In this document: piece after piece, positions 9,216-18,181 of the stretch
Layout: each line of letters starts with the position of its first letter
Position numbering within the stretch: position 1 is the first letter of the stretch
The notes under the pieces: generated by a model
The model's database searches: none
The model's input: the letters and a program-made list of their open reading frames with translations, nothing else
What the model was told of the DNA's origin: nothing
Assembly: GCA_963707115.1 (NCBI GenBank)
Contig: CAVPOP010000001.1
Coordinates: 180,145-244,144 of the forward strand
Length of the DNA stretch: 64,000 nt
Direction of reading: 5' to 3'
Origin: an uncultured Gammaproteobacteria bacterium
GTDB lineage: Bacteria; Pseudomonadota; Gammaproteobacteria; Steroidobacterales; Steroidobacteraceae
Made by a program: the position numbers and the translations under genes

Positions 9216-9932
9216 CTACTGCGACAATCCGCTCGCGCCCCTTGCTGCCTTCTGGATCAAGGCGGCGACGGCGGCTGGCTGCGACACGTAGACCGCGTGA
9301 CTCCCCTGGACCTCGACGGCGGTTGAGCCTGCCCGCTTCGACATGGAACGCTGGGCCGGCGGCGGAATCATCTTGTCGTCCGTGGCCACCAGGTACCAGC
9401 TGGGCTTGGCCTTCCAGGCGGGTGTGCTCACCGCGCCGCCGAGCGCGTCGACGCCCCACGGCACCTGCGAGTTCGCCATGAACTCCGCTTTCCCTTTCTC
9501 CACATCCGCGGCAAAGCTCGCCGCAAACTTCGCCTTGTCGAGGAGAAGATACCCGTCCTGAGGGGGAAGGATGGGGGGCACCGGGGCGCCCGGTACCGGA
9601 TTCGCGATCAGGGTCGACACCGATTCACCGGCATCCGGAGCGAAGGCGGCGATATACACGAGCCCCTCCACCTTCGGATCATTTCCGGCCTCGGTGATCA
9701 CCACGCCCCCGTAGGAGTGCCCTACGAGAATGACCGGCATGGTCTGGCTGTCGATGACGCGACGAGTAGCGGCGACATCGTCGGCCAGGGAAACCGTCGC
9801 GTTCTGCACGATGCTGACATCGAACCCGTCCTTCTTGAGGATCTTGTACACGTCCTCCCAACCCGAGCCGTCCACAAATCCGCCGTGAACGAGAACTATG
9901 GCCTTCCGGGCCGTATTTGCGATATTGACCAT
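9216..9932 (-). CDS. Alpha/beta hydrolase fold protein
   Basis: 238 aa with the IVLVHGGF oxyanion-region motif and the nucleophile elbow GHSYGG. Confidence 0.8.
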   Translation of the reverse strand: MVNIANTARKAIVLVHGGFVDGSGWEDVYKILKKDGFDVSIVQNATVSLADDVAATRRVIDSQTMPVILVGHSYGGVVITEAGNDPKVEGLVYIAAFAPDAGESVSTLIANPVPGAPVPPILPPQDGYLLLDKAKFAASFAADVEKGKAEFMANSQVPWGVDALGGAVSTPAWKAKPSWYLVATDDKMIPPPAQRSMSKRAGSTAVEVQGSHAVYVSQPAAVAALIQKAARGASGLSQ

Positions 9933-10071
9933 GAGATTCTCCTTTGAAAGTAGTTGTCGTTGCGAGGAGCTGACTGCCGGTCGACCCCTCGAGGTTCGGG
10001 GGGAATCCTAGCCCTGGGCTCTGTACACCTGAAGTTCATATTTCTTGGTGACTAGTGATATTCTTTCACTA

Positions 10072-10983
10072 ATGGAATTCACCTCCAGGCAACTGCGGGC
10101 TTTTCGGCTCGTGGCGCAGCACCGCAACTTCGCGCGGGCGGCGGAGGCGCTCTTCATCACGCCATCAGGGCTCAGCGTGTTGATACGCGAGCTTGAAAGT
10201 CATCTTGGTTTCCGGCTGTTCAACCGCACGACGCGTCACGTGGAACTGACTGCATACGGAAATGATTTTCTTGCTGTGACCCAGCCAACCCTCGAAGCAC
10301 TCGATATGGCGATTGCGAACATTGGGCGCAATGCCAAGGGTGGCAGCCAGGCGATGTCACTCGGAACCACGCCGCTGATCGCCGCGAATATCCTGCCGCC
10401 GGCCATTCGTGAGTATCGGCGCAGCCGGCCCAACCTGCGTATTCAGCTTTTCGATGCCGATCTCCCGACGCTGATGCAGATGGTGGAAGCCGGAAAGCTC
10501 GATATGGCCGTAGGCATCTTCAAGGGCGCCGCAGGAGTACGTCGTGCTCCGTTCTTTCGGTTCTCGCTGATGGCTATTCGTGCTGACAAGGGTGAGGCCC
10601 CCGCGCGCGCGATGACTACCTGGTCTGCGCTTCAGGGGCAGACCTTGATTTCGCTATCCCCCACTCACCCGCACCAGCAGCTCATCGACAAACACCTGAC
10701 AAGAGCAGGAGTGCAGTGGCAATCTGGTGCGGTGGTCAATCTGCTGGATACACAGATCGCGCTGGTCGAAGCCGAAGAAGGAATAGCGATCATTCCGTCG
10801 TTTGGCCTACCAGCGTGCCGCGGCCGAAAGGTGATCATGAGCAAACTGACGAATCCGGTCGTGCACCTCGATTTTCACCAGATCAGCAACCGCGGCAAAA
10901 AGTTGCCGCCCGGCGCCGACGATTTTGCGGATTTCCTCAAGAGCTATATCGCCCGGTGGGCAGGCCAGGCTGGTGTCCTGTAG
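10072..10983 (+). CDS. LysR-family transcriptional regulator
   Basis: N-terminal LysR HTH (MEFTSRQLRAFRLVAQHRNFARAAEALFITPSGLSVLIRELE). Divergent from the hydrolase gene. Alternative start at 10045. Confidence 0.85.
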   Translation: MEFTSRQLRAFRLVAQHRNFARAAEALFITPSGLSVLIRELESHLGFRLFNRTTRHVELTAYGNDFLAVTQPTLEALDMAIANIGRNAKGGSQAMSLGTTPLIAANILPPAIREYRRSRPNLRIQLFDADLPTLMQMVEAGKLDMAVGIFKGAAGVRRAPFFRFSLMAIRADKGEAPARAMTTWSALQGQTLISLSPTHPHQQLIDKHLTRAGVQWQSGAVVNLLDTQIALVEAEEGIAIIPSFGLPACRGRKVIMSKLTNPVVHLDFHQISNRGKKLPPGADDFADFLKSYIARWAGQAGVL

Positions 10984-11055
10984 CGGTCGCCCGGTCGTGA
11001 TGTGCGGTCGGCAATGGTCTGCTTGGAGGGCACTTGGACTTTAAAGGTGAGACGA

Positions 11056-12258
11056 ATGACAGCAATTGAAGAAAAGGCCATCTCCACAGTACCGTCCAGC
11101 CCTACCGGGTTGGCTCTCCCGGAGTGGCGAGGGCGATTCCCCTATAACGAGATCATTTCGCTGCTCGACGTGAATCGACCATTCAACCTCGCCGAGAGCA
11201 CATCGCAAGACCTGACCGTCGGAGAGGTTCTGGACCTCGCCGGGCTCGAGACCCTTCGCAGCCTCAAGCTCGGGTATGGTCGGTCTGCAGGGGCGATCGA
11301 GCTTCGCGAGGAGATCGCCAAGGCCTGCAAAGTGCCCGCCGATCAGATCGTCACGACCGTCGGTACGGCCTTGGGGCTTTTCCTGCTGGCCTTCGAGGTC
11401 TGCCGACCTGGTGACGAGGCGGTCCTTGTAACGCCGTGCTTTCCACCGAGCCGCGACTGTCTGCTCGGCGCGGGTGTCACCGTCCGCGAGATCAGGCTGA
11501 CATTCGATAACGGCTACCAGCTGGATCTGGACGATCTCGCGGCCAGCCTTTCACCAAAGACCAAGCTGGTCAGCCTCGCTTCGCCGCAGAACCCCAATGG
11601 GGTGCGGATATCTCACGCTATCGTCGATACGCTCCTTGCGCTGCTGAAAAGCCGGGCGCCGCAGGCCATCCTCTTCATCGATGAGACCTATCGCGAGGCC
11701 ACCTACGGCAACGATGCTGCGCCCGACAGTTTCGCCAGCCTGCACCCGCGCATCGTCACGGGCGCCTCGATGTCAAAGGCGCTGGGCGCGCCCGGCTTGC
11801 GCGTGGGCTGGCTCACCGTGGCAGATGCGGACCTCAGGTCCCGCCTGGTTACTGCAAAAGTGAACACGGTGATTTCCGGCTCGGTGCTCGATGAGGCGCT
11901 GGCCGCCGCACTGCTGCGCCACCGTGACAAAGTGCTTGGGCCGCGTCGCCGACTGCTCGCCGAAGGGCTCGTGCAACTAGCGGCCTGGTGCGAGAGCGAA
12001 CGCCAGCGCGTCGAATGGATCCGTCCAGACGCTGGCGCCCTGTGCTGCCTGCGCCTTCGCGCCGACAAGTTCGACACTGCCGCTGTCTCGCGCTTCTGGG
12101 ATTTGCTGCCCCGGCACGAATTGCAACTGGCGTCAGGAGCATGGTTCGGCGAAAGCGACCGCGTCTTCCGGCTGGGCTTCGGGTACCTGCCACCTGAACG
12201 TCTGGGCCCCGCACTTTCCGCGCTTTCAACAGTGCTGGACGCTGCCACAGCGAAGTGA
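11056..12258 (+). CDS. PLP-dependent aminotransferase, class I/II
   Basis: ATG at 11056 is preceded by AGGTGA. SPQNPNG and SMSKALGAPGLRVGW (PLP-Lys) motifs are present. Confidence 0.8.
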   Translation: MTAIEEKAISTVPSSPTGLALPEWRGRFPYNEIISLLDVNRPFNLAESTSQDLTVGEVLDLAGLETLRSLKLGYGRSAGAIELREEIAKACKVPADQIVTTVGTALGLFLLAFEVCRPGDEAVLVTPCFPPSRDCLLGAGVTVREIRLTFDNGYQLDLDDLAASLSPKTKLVSLASPQNPNGVRISHAIVDTLLALLKSRAPQAILFIDETYREATYGNDAAPDSFASLHPRIVTGASMSKALGAPGLRVGWLTVADADLRSRLVTAKVNTVISGSVLDEALAAALLRHRDKVLGPRRRLLAEGLVQLAAWCESERQRVEWIRPDAGALCCLRLRADKFDTAAVSRFWDLLPRHELQLASGAWFGESDRVFRLGFGYLPPERLGPALSALSTVLDAATAK

Positions 12259-12420
12259 GCGCGCAGCGAAACCCTTCGAGCTGCCTTCGGCGCAGGGAAG
12301 TTGCCGAGATCGGCGCTAAGCGGTTGATTGTAACGAAGTAGATTGGCCCGCCCTTACGCTACGGTGGCCTGAAAGCGCATCAAGGCGCACGAAAGGCTAC
12401 GTTTTCGGTACGTTATGCAA

Positions 12421-12444
12421 ATACTTGCATGATCATGCAAGTAT
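12421..12444. promoter_or_regulatory. 24-bp perfect palindrome (candidate HigBA-type operator) next to a TATAAT box
   Basis: ATACTTGCATGATCATGCAAGTAT is its own reverse complement. TATAAT lies at 12448..12453. The track ATG at 12425 lies inside the palindrome. Confidence 0.55.
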
Positions 12445-12460
12445 CGATATAATTCGGATT

Positions 12461-12748
12461 GTGGACCCCAGAAGGCCCAAGCCATCGCAAATAAAGCCGC
12501 TGGAGTTCCTCGGCTCCAGCCGCGACGACCTGGCGGCCATGCCGGCAGGCATCCGGCACAACATCGGCCTGGAGTTGATGCGCGTGCAGTTCGGCGGCGA
12601 GCCCACCGACTTCAAAGCCATGCCTTCGGTCGGAGCCGGGGTCTGCGAGATTCGTGTCCGGGATGCATCGGGCGCCTACCGCGCGATGTATATGGCCAAG
12701 TTCGAGGCGGCGGTCTATGTGCTGCATGCCTTCCAGAAGAAGACATAA
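12461..12748 (+). CDS. HigB/Gp49-like (RelE superfamily) type II toxin
   Basis: ...KPLEFLGSSRDDLAAMPAGIRHNIGLELMRVQFGGEPTDFKAMPSVGAGVCEIRV...YVLHAFQKKT is typical of phage Gp49-like toxins. An XRE antitoxin gene follows. Start uncertain: GTG 12461 preferred, ATG 12425 possible. Confidence 0.7.
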   Translation: MDPRRPKPSQIKPLEFLGSSRDDLAAMPAGIRHNIGLELMRVQFGGEPTDFKAMPSVGAGVCEIRVRDASGAYRAMYMAKFEAAVYVLHAFQKKT

Positions 12749-12810
12749 AAGACCGCCAAGACCGACATTGAGCTGGGCAAGGCCCGCTACAGGATGATTG
12801 GAGGATAGCC

Positions 12811-13122
12811 ATGAGCAAGAAAACCGACCCTCGCCTTTCGGACACCCGCCGGACCAAGGGCAGCGGCAACGTGTTCCTCGATCTGGGGTTCGATCCCGCG
12901 GAGGCCAAGGTCATGGCGCTGCGAGCGGAGGTGATGATTCGCATGGAGCAGCACCTGAAGGCACAGGGCTGGACCCAGGCCGAAGCCGCCAAGCGCCTTG
13001 GCATTACCCAGCCCCGCGTATCACGCCTCATCAAGGGCCAGTGGCAGGATTTCAGCCTGGATATGCTGCTTACGCTGGCCGCCCGTGCGGGGCTGAAGCC
13101 GCAGCTGCGGCTGGCTGCCTGA
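12811..13122 (+). CDS. XRE-family HTH antitoxin (HigA-like)
   Basis: GNVFLDLGF...QGWTQAEAAKRLGITQPRVSRLIKGQWQDFSLDMLL is a classic HTH_XRE antitoxin partner of Gp49-like toxins. Confidence 0.8.
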   Translation: MSKKTDPRLSDTRRTKGSGNVFLDLGFDPAEAKVMALRAEVMIRMEQHLKAQGWTQAEAAKRLGITQPRVSRLIKGQWQDFSLDMLLTLAARAGLKPQLRLAA

Positions 13123-13320
13123 TGTAGACGGGCCGCCACGGAGTCGGCCACCCGACCGAATCGCAGGCCCGAATCACTGAGCGCCGCGCTATCGCGACCT
13201 GTTACCACAATGTTCGGATACAACGGAAGGTCAATCGCCCGTGTGTGCACACCGTTGAGGGCCGTTCAGGTCCATACGAAACAGCGTATTCTTTGGAAAA
13301 ATGGACCCCCGATATTGGTG

Positions 13321-13394
13321 CGCGCCCGGACGGATTCGAACCGCCGACCACTGCGTTCGAAGCGCAGTGCTCTATCCAACTGAGCTACGGGCGC
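13321..13394 (-). tRNA. tRNA-Arg (anticodon TCG), copy 1
   Basis: The reverse complement reads GCGCCCGTAGCTCAGTTGGATAGAGCACTGCGCTTCGAACGCAGTGGTCGGCGGTTCGAATCCGTCCGGGCGCG. Hand-folded cloverleaf with anticodon loop CTTCGAA. The 3' CCA is not contiguous (GCACCA). Confidence 0.85.
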
Positions 13395-13946
13395 AATGCA
13401 ATATTGAGATCTGAAGTCCTGTGCCGGCTACAACCCTGTCCCTACCCACCGGCGGTCGCAGTACGACCGCCTTAGGCCGCCCGAAAGCTGCCTAAGGCTA
13501 CGCTGTCAGACTGGTTCGAAGCTCGCTGGAGCGATGAAAAAGTAGTTTGAACGAAATCTTCTTTGTAATCAGATCAGAGACTTACGTAACCAATGCTGCC
13601 GGGACATCGTTGCAACTGTCACCACTGATCACAACAAAGCATCACCAACTCCCGCAAAACTCCCGCAGTCACCTGGTTTGTTGCATCTAACCCGTCGGCT
13701 TCGAAAATCTGGGTGGTCGGGACCTTGGGCGTCACACCGGTAGCACAGTCCACTGACTGGGTGAATTTGCGAATTACGGTGCCAAACAAGGTTGTTACGA
13801 TCCTTTACAGGCCCCGATCGAACTACGACTTATCAATTCGCGAAGGACAAGCGACTCGCCAAGGACGGGGGACGGTTATCTGAAATTGAACTTGCCCGGA
13901 ACCCTTTGCTGCTCCCCGTATAGGCGCATGTGCGAACCTGACCCAG

Positions 13947-14918
13947 TCACTGCGCGGCCTTTGCGCGAGACAGGGATTTCACACCATAGGGTGATTGCTG
14001 TTCCAGGTGATGAGTCGCGATTCGGTAGGCATCGACTGCAGGGCGCAGCCAATTAATGAAAGCAGTTGCATCGGCGTCGTTCACCGCGTCCTTCCGGCAC
14101 AGAAGGGTCAGGGTGTGGTCTGATTCACGGGCTTCGCCTATAGGTTTTACAAGCTGACCCGACATCAGCAGGTCGCCGCCCACCAGGACGTCCGTCAGAA
14201 CGACTCCCTGACCGGCGACCGCAGCCCGCAGACATGCGCAGGGACCGTGATAGACGGGCCCATCGTCGGCCCAGTTGATGTCTCGCATACCGGCCCAACT
14301 CAGCCACTGCATCCAGGGCTCCGTCCCCCACTCGTGCAACAACCGCTGCCGGCGCAGATCCGAGACGCTCCTTATCGGATTTGCCCTGGTGATCAACTGG
14401 GGACTGCAGACCACAAACTCGTGGCAGCGCCACTGGGAAACGGACTCGTACGGGAGCCGGTCTGTGCGGCCATAGTGCAAAACGACGTCCGCGCGGCACT
14501 TCTTGTAGTCTTCTGCGGTACTGCCCCAATACACCTCAAGCGGCATCTCCGGCGCCGCATCGAGGAAGAGTTCGAGACGGCTGACAAGCCACCACTCGAC
14601 GAAGCCGGGGTCTGCGCATATGCGCAATCGACCCGCAGCGCCGCGACTATCTCGATGCTCAGCCACCCTAAAGGCGATCGCCAGGTCATCCAAGCATTTG
14701 CTCGCCGACAGGTAGAGTTCCCTTCCACGTTGTGTCAGCGTAATCCGGCGGACCGCCCTCTCGAATAAAGGCGTGCCGACCCAGCTCTCAAGGAGCTTCA
14801 CCTGGTGGCTAATCGCGGACGGAGTCACAAACAGTTCTTCCGCTGCGCGCGTAAAGCTCAGTTGGCGCGCCGCGCTCTCGAACGAACGCAATGCGGGGAA
14901 AGGCGGCAGTCGACGCAT
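13947..14918 (-). CDS. LysR-family (GcvA-like) transcriptional regulator
   Basis: MRRLPPFPALRSFESAARQLSFTRAAEELFVTPSAISHQVKLLE is a LysR HTH. The upstream part of the 548-aa track ORF is antisense to the aminotransferase gene. Alternative ATG at 14942. Confidence 0.85.
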   Translation of the reverse strand: MRRLPPFPALRSFESAARQLSFTRAAEELFVTPSAISHQVKLLESWVGTPLFERAVRRITLTQRGRELYLSASKCLDDLAIAFRVAEHRDSRGAAGRLRICADPGFVEWWLVSRLELFLDAAPEMPLEVYWGSTAEDYKKCRADVVLHYGRTDRLPYESVSQWRCHEFVVCSPQLITRANPIRSVSDLRRQRLLHEWGTEPWMQWLSWAGMRDINWADDGPVYHGPCACLRAAVAGQGVVLTDVLVGGDLLMSGQLVKPIGEARESDHTLTLLCRKDAVNDADATAFINWLRPAVDAYRIATHHLEQQSPYGVKSLSRAKAAQ

Positions 14919-15086
14919 GGTCAATAGATGAACGGAATTCATATACCATGTCAAGTATTCATCTGTTGTGGCGGACTGACAGAAGCTGCCACGCTCAATT
15001 GCATTCCATCGCAACCGAAGGATGAACCAGTGTCGCGACCGCGGCCATGGATCGCACCAACCGGCGAGCCTAAGCACAGCCAATCC

Positions 15087-16484
15087 ATGTGTATCCCAGC
15101 CACTGGAGCGCTCGAAGCGGACCGCATCTGGGAGATGGACCGTGAGCATTTCCTGCATCCGTGGACCCATCACGACAGCTTCGGCAGGGAAGGCTCCCTG
15201 GTCATCGTAGAGGGGAGCGGCGCCTATATCGTCGACGCCAGTGGCAAGCGGTACCTGGACGGCATCGGCGGGCTCTGGTGTGTCAATGTGGGCTACGGGC
15301 GGCAGGAGCTGGTCGATGCAATGTCGACCCAGGCCCGCAGACTGGCCTTCTCCAACACGTTTGTCGACATGACCAACGAGCCCGCTGCGCGACTGGCGGC
15401 AAAGCTGGCCGAACTCGCACCGGGATCCTTGAACCACGTGATTTATTCGACGTCGGGCTCGAGCGCCATCGACAGCGCAATCCGCCTGGCCCACTACTAT
15501 CACTCGCGACGCGGCGAGCGGAAACGAAGGCACATCATCTCGCGTCGCAATGCCTACCACGGATCGACCTTCCTCGGTATCTCGGTCGGGCACCGTGACG
15601 GGGACAGATCACCGCACTTTCAGTACCTCACTGACTTTATCCATCATCTATCCGCCCCGTATCCCTACCGACGGCCGGATGGTATGACCGAAGCACGGTT
15701 CACGGATTACTTGGCCGATGAGTTCGAAGCCAAGATCGCAGAACTCGGAGCCGCCAACATTGCCGCTTTCGTGGCGGAACCAATCCAGGGCGCCGGCGGC
15801 GTGGTGGTCCCGCCAACGGATTACCTGCAAAGAATGCGCAACATCGCGCGCGCCCATGGCATCCTTTTTATCGCGGATGAGGTGGTCACAGCATTTGGTC
15901 GAATCGGCCATTGGTTCGCATCTGAGAGCGAATTTGGCGTCCGACCAGACATCATTACCTGTGCAAAAGGCCTGACATCTGGCTACCTGCCCCTCGGCGC
16001 GACCATTTACTCGGATGAGATTCACGCCGCCATAAGCGCGCCTGACCCGGATGCCTGGTTTGCCCACGGGTTTACCTATGCCGGACACCCGGTGTGCTGC
16101 GCCGTGGCGCTCGCGAACATCGATTTGATGGAGCGTGAGCATGTGCTGGACCACGCCAAGTCAGTGGGTGATCACTTCGAGAGACGGCTCAAGGAACTGG
16201 AGCGGCTGCCACTCGTCGGTGAAGTGCGTGGCAGGCGCATGATGATGTGTGTCGAGTACGTCGCGGACAAGGCAACCAGGACATTATTGCCTGACGATAT
16301 CAATATCTCGAAGCGCATATCCGCTGTGTGCGAAGCCAACGGTCTGCTGGTCAGGCCCGTTGGACACTTGGACATCCTGTCGCCACCGCTCACGATATCC
16401 ATCGAAGAGGCAGACATTATTGTCGACACGCTTAGGGCGGCCATTGAGGAAGTTACCCTGGACCTGGGACCGACGTCCGGTTGA
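15087..16484 (+). CDS. Class III (omega) aminotransferase
   Basis: FLHPWT, GLWCVNVGYGR, AAFVAEPIQGAGGV, FIADEVVTAFGRIG and TCAKGLTSGY (PLP-Lys) motifs. Start chosen at the first ATG after the divergent regulator region. Confidence 0.85.
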   Translation: MCIPATGALEADRIWEMDREHFLHPWTHHDSFGREGSLVIVEGSGAYIVDASGKRYLDGIGGLWCVNVGYGRQELVDAMSTQARRLAFSNTFVDMTNEPAARLAAKLAELAPGSLNHVIYSTSGSSAIDSAIRLAHYYHSRRGERKRRHIISRRNAYHGSTFLGISVGHRDGDRSPHFQYLTDFIHHLSAPYPYRRPDGMTEARFTDYLADEFEAKIAELGAANIAAFVAEPIQGAGGVVVPPTDYLQRMRNIARAHGILFIADEVVTAFGRIGHWFASESEFGVRPDIITCAKGLTSGYLPLGATIYSDEIHAAISAPDPDAWFAHGFTYAGHPVCCAVALANIDLMEREHVLDHAKSVGDHFERRLKELERLPLVGEVRGRRMMMCVEYVADKATRTLLPDDINISKRISAVCEANGLLVRPVGHLDILSPPLTISIEEADIIVDTLRAAIEEVTLDLGPTSG

Positions 16485-17842
16485 CCACCCAATCGCCCTC
16501 CCTGGCTCCCGGTCGGCGTCTGTCGCTGTCGGCGCTCATCAGCGTCGCCTTTTTTACGACCTGCGGTGGAGCCTTCGGTCTCGAGCCGCTGATCGGGGCG
16601 GTTGGGCCGGGCTGGGCGTTTACGCTGCTTTTTCTGACCCCGCTCCTATGGAGCATCCCGATCGCCCTGATGGTGGCGGAACTAAGCACACTGATGCCGG
16701 AGGAAGGGGGTTACTACATCTGGGTCCGCGAGGCACTCGGTCCGTTTTGGGCCGTGCAAGAGGCGTGGTGGACGATTGGGTACTCACTGATGCTGCTGGC
16801 GATATTCCCGGTTTTCTTCTCTTCATACCTGGGATATCTGGTGCCGCAACTCGCCACAGCGATGCGCGCGCCGGGTACGGGAACAGTCGTGCGCTGGCTC
16901 ATCGCACTCGCCGTTATCGGCACGGGGATGATGGTGAACTGGTTCGGCGCACGTGATGTCGGCAGGTCATCGAAGGCCGCAATTACTTTCGTTCTTGTGG
17001 CATTTGCCGTGTTTATCGGTGTATGGCTCGCGCGCGACGGGCGGCTATCCGTACCGATTGGAATCATTACGCAGGATCTGTCGACGGGCCACAAAGGCGT
17101 TCTGCTGCTGGGCCTGTCGATCGTGATTCTTAACTACGGCGGCTATGACAATATCGCGACCTATGCCGGTGAGGTCGACCGGCCGCGCGTCAACTACCCG
17201 ATCGCGCTTGGCGCAGCCATTGCGCTCCAACTATTAGCCTACGCTCTCCCGGTCCTGGCCGGTATCGGCGTAACAACGGACCCCGCCGCTTGGAGTGCCG
17301 ACGTCGGATGGCCAGCAATCGCTGGTCGCCTAGGTGGCCCGTGGCTCGGTGGCCTGCTCGCGGCCGCTGGAATGGTATCGATGTGGGCGATGTTCAACGC
17401 TCAATTGTTGTACACATCGCGCATCCCTTTTGTTATGGCGATGGACGGGTGGATACCGGAGGTTATCGCGAGAGCCGACGGGAAGACCGGAGCTCCACGC
17501 GCATCGATTTTCGCGATTTGCGTGATCACCGCCATCCTCGCCGCGCTATCGTTCGACAGTCTGGTGGTCATCATGTCGATCCTCTATACGGGAGCGCTAT
17601 TGCTGGAATTCGCCTCGCTACTTAAGTTCAGAATGCGTCGGCCTGACGCGCCGCGCCCGTTCCGCATTCCGGGCGGAATGTGGGGGCTCGCCTACGTATG
17701 TGTGCCGCCGCTGGGTGTATCCGCCGTGCTCCTGGCAACCACCCTGCGTGAGGGCGGCTTGAACAGTCGACAGTTATTGATCATCGCGGGCATTGTGTTG
17801 AGTGGCGTCCTTCTCTATGCCATTCGTAGGCCGCGAATCTAA
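16481..17842 (+). CDS. APC-family amino acid/polyamine permease
   Basis: About 12 hydrophobic segments, with a GGAFGLEPL...MVAELSTLMPEEGGYYIWV signature region. The TTG start overlaps the upstream stop. Confidence 0.8.
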   Translation: MTTQSPSLAPGRRLSLSALISVAFFTTCGGAFGLEPLIGAVGPGWAFTLLFLTPLLWSIPIALMVAELSTLMPEEGGYYIWVREALGPFWAVQEAWWTIGYSLMLLAIFPVFFSSYLGYLVPQLATAMRAPGTGTVVRWLIALAVIGTGMMVNWFGARDVGRSSKAAITFVLVAFAVFIGVWLARDGRLSVPIGIITQDLSTGHKGVLLLGLSIVILNYGGYDNIATYAGEVDRPRVNYPIALGAAIALQLLAYALPVLAGIGVTTDPAAWSADVGWPAIAGRLGGPWLGGLLAAAGMVSMWAMFNAQLLYTSRIPFVMAMDGWIPEVIARADGKTGAPRASIFAICVITAILAALSFDSLVVIMSILYTGALLLEFASLLKFRMRRPDAPRPFRIPGGMWGLAYVCVPPLGVSAVLLATTLREGGLNSRQLLIIAGIVLSGVLLYAIRRPRI

Positions 17843-17847
17843 TAAGT

Positions 17848-17924
17848 TGGCGCGCCCGGACGGATTCGAACCGCCGACCACTGCGTTCGAAGCGCAGTGC
17901 TCTATCCAACTGAGCTACGGGCGC
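17848..17924 (-). tRNA. tRNA-Arg (anticodon TCG), copy 2
   Basis: The body is identical to copy 1. Here the 3' CCA is encoded (TGG at 17848..17850 on the plus strand). Confidence 0.9.
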
Positions 17925-18047
17925 AATCCGAAATCAGGTTCCGCAGGCCTGTGCCCGCTCCATATCTCTCCTCGATCGGCGGCGGTGTCCTATGGCCCCG
18001 TTCTGGCCCGTCGCCAGGGATCCGCCCAGCCTGCCCCGTTGCGCTAG

Positions 18048-18086
18048 TTCGAAGCCAGGTGCTCTATCCAACTGAGCTACGGGCGC
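18048..18086 (-). pseudogene. Degenerate third tRNA-Arg copy (5' half only)
   Basis: GTGCTCTATCCAACTGAGCTACGGGCGC is identical to the D-arm/acceptor 5' half of the two tRNA-Arg genes, and TTCGAAG is retained. The anticodon stem and T-arm no longer pair. Confidence 0.5.
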
Positions 18087-18181
18087 TTTTTGCCCACCCA
18101 TGGTGTCATGAACCGCCGTTGGGCACCATCCGGTGTAAGCCGTTGTACTATTTGCGATTACCCCATAGTAGGCTGAAGGTC

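Noticed and set aside
14943-15593. N-terminal extension of the LysR ORF (548-aa version)
   Set aside because: It is antisense to the 5' part of the class-III aminotransferase gene. The LysR HTH begins at MRRLPPFPALR, so the extension has no support.
17897-18181. N-terminal 95-aa extension of the moeA ORF (495-aa version in the track)
   Set aside because: The extension runs through the tRNA-Arg gene and the tRNA remnant. MoeA homology begins at the GTG at 18182, which has a GAAGG Shine-Dalgarno sequence.
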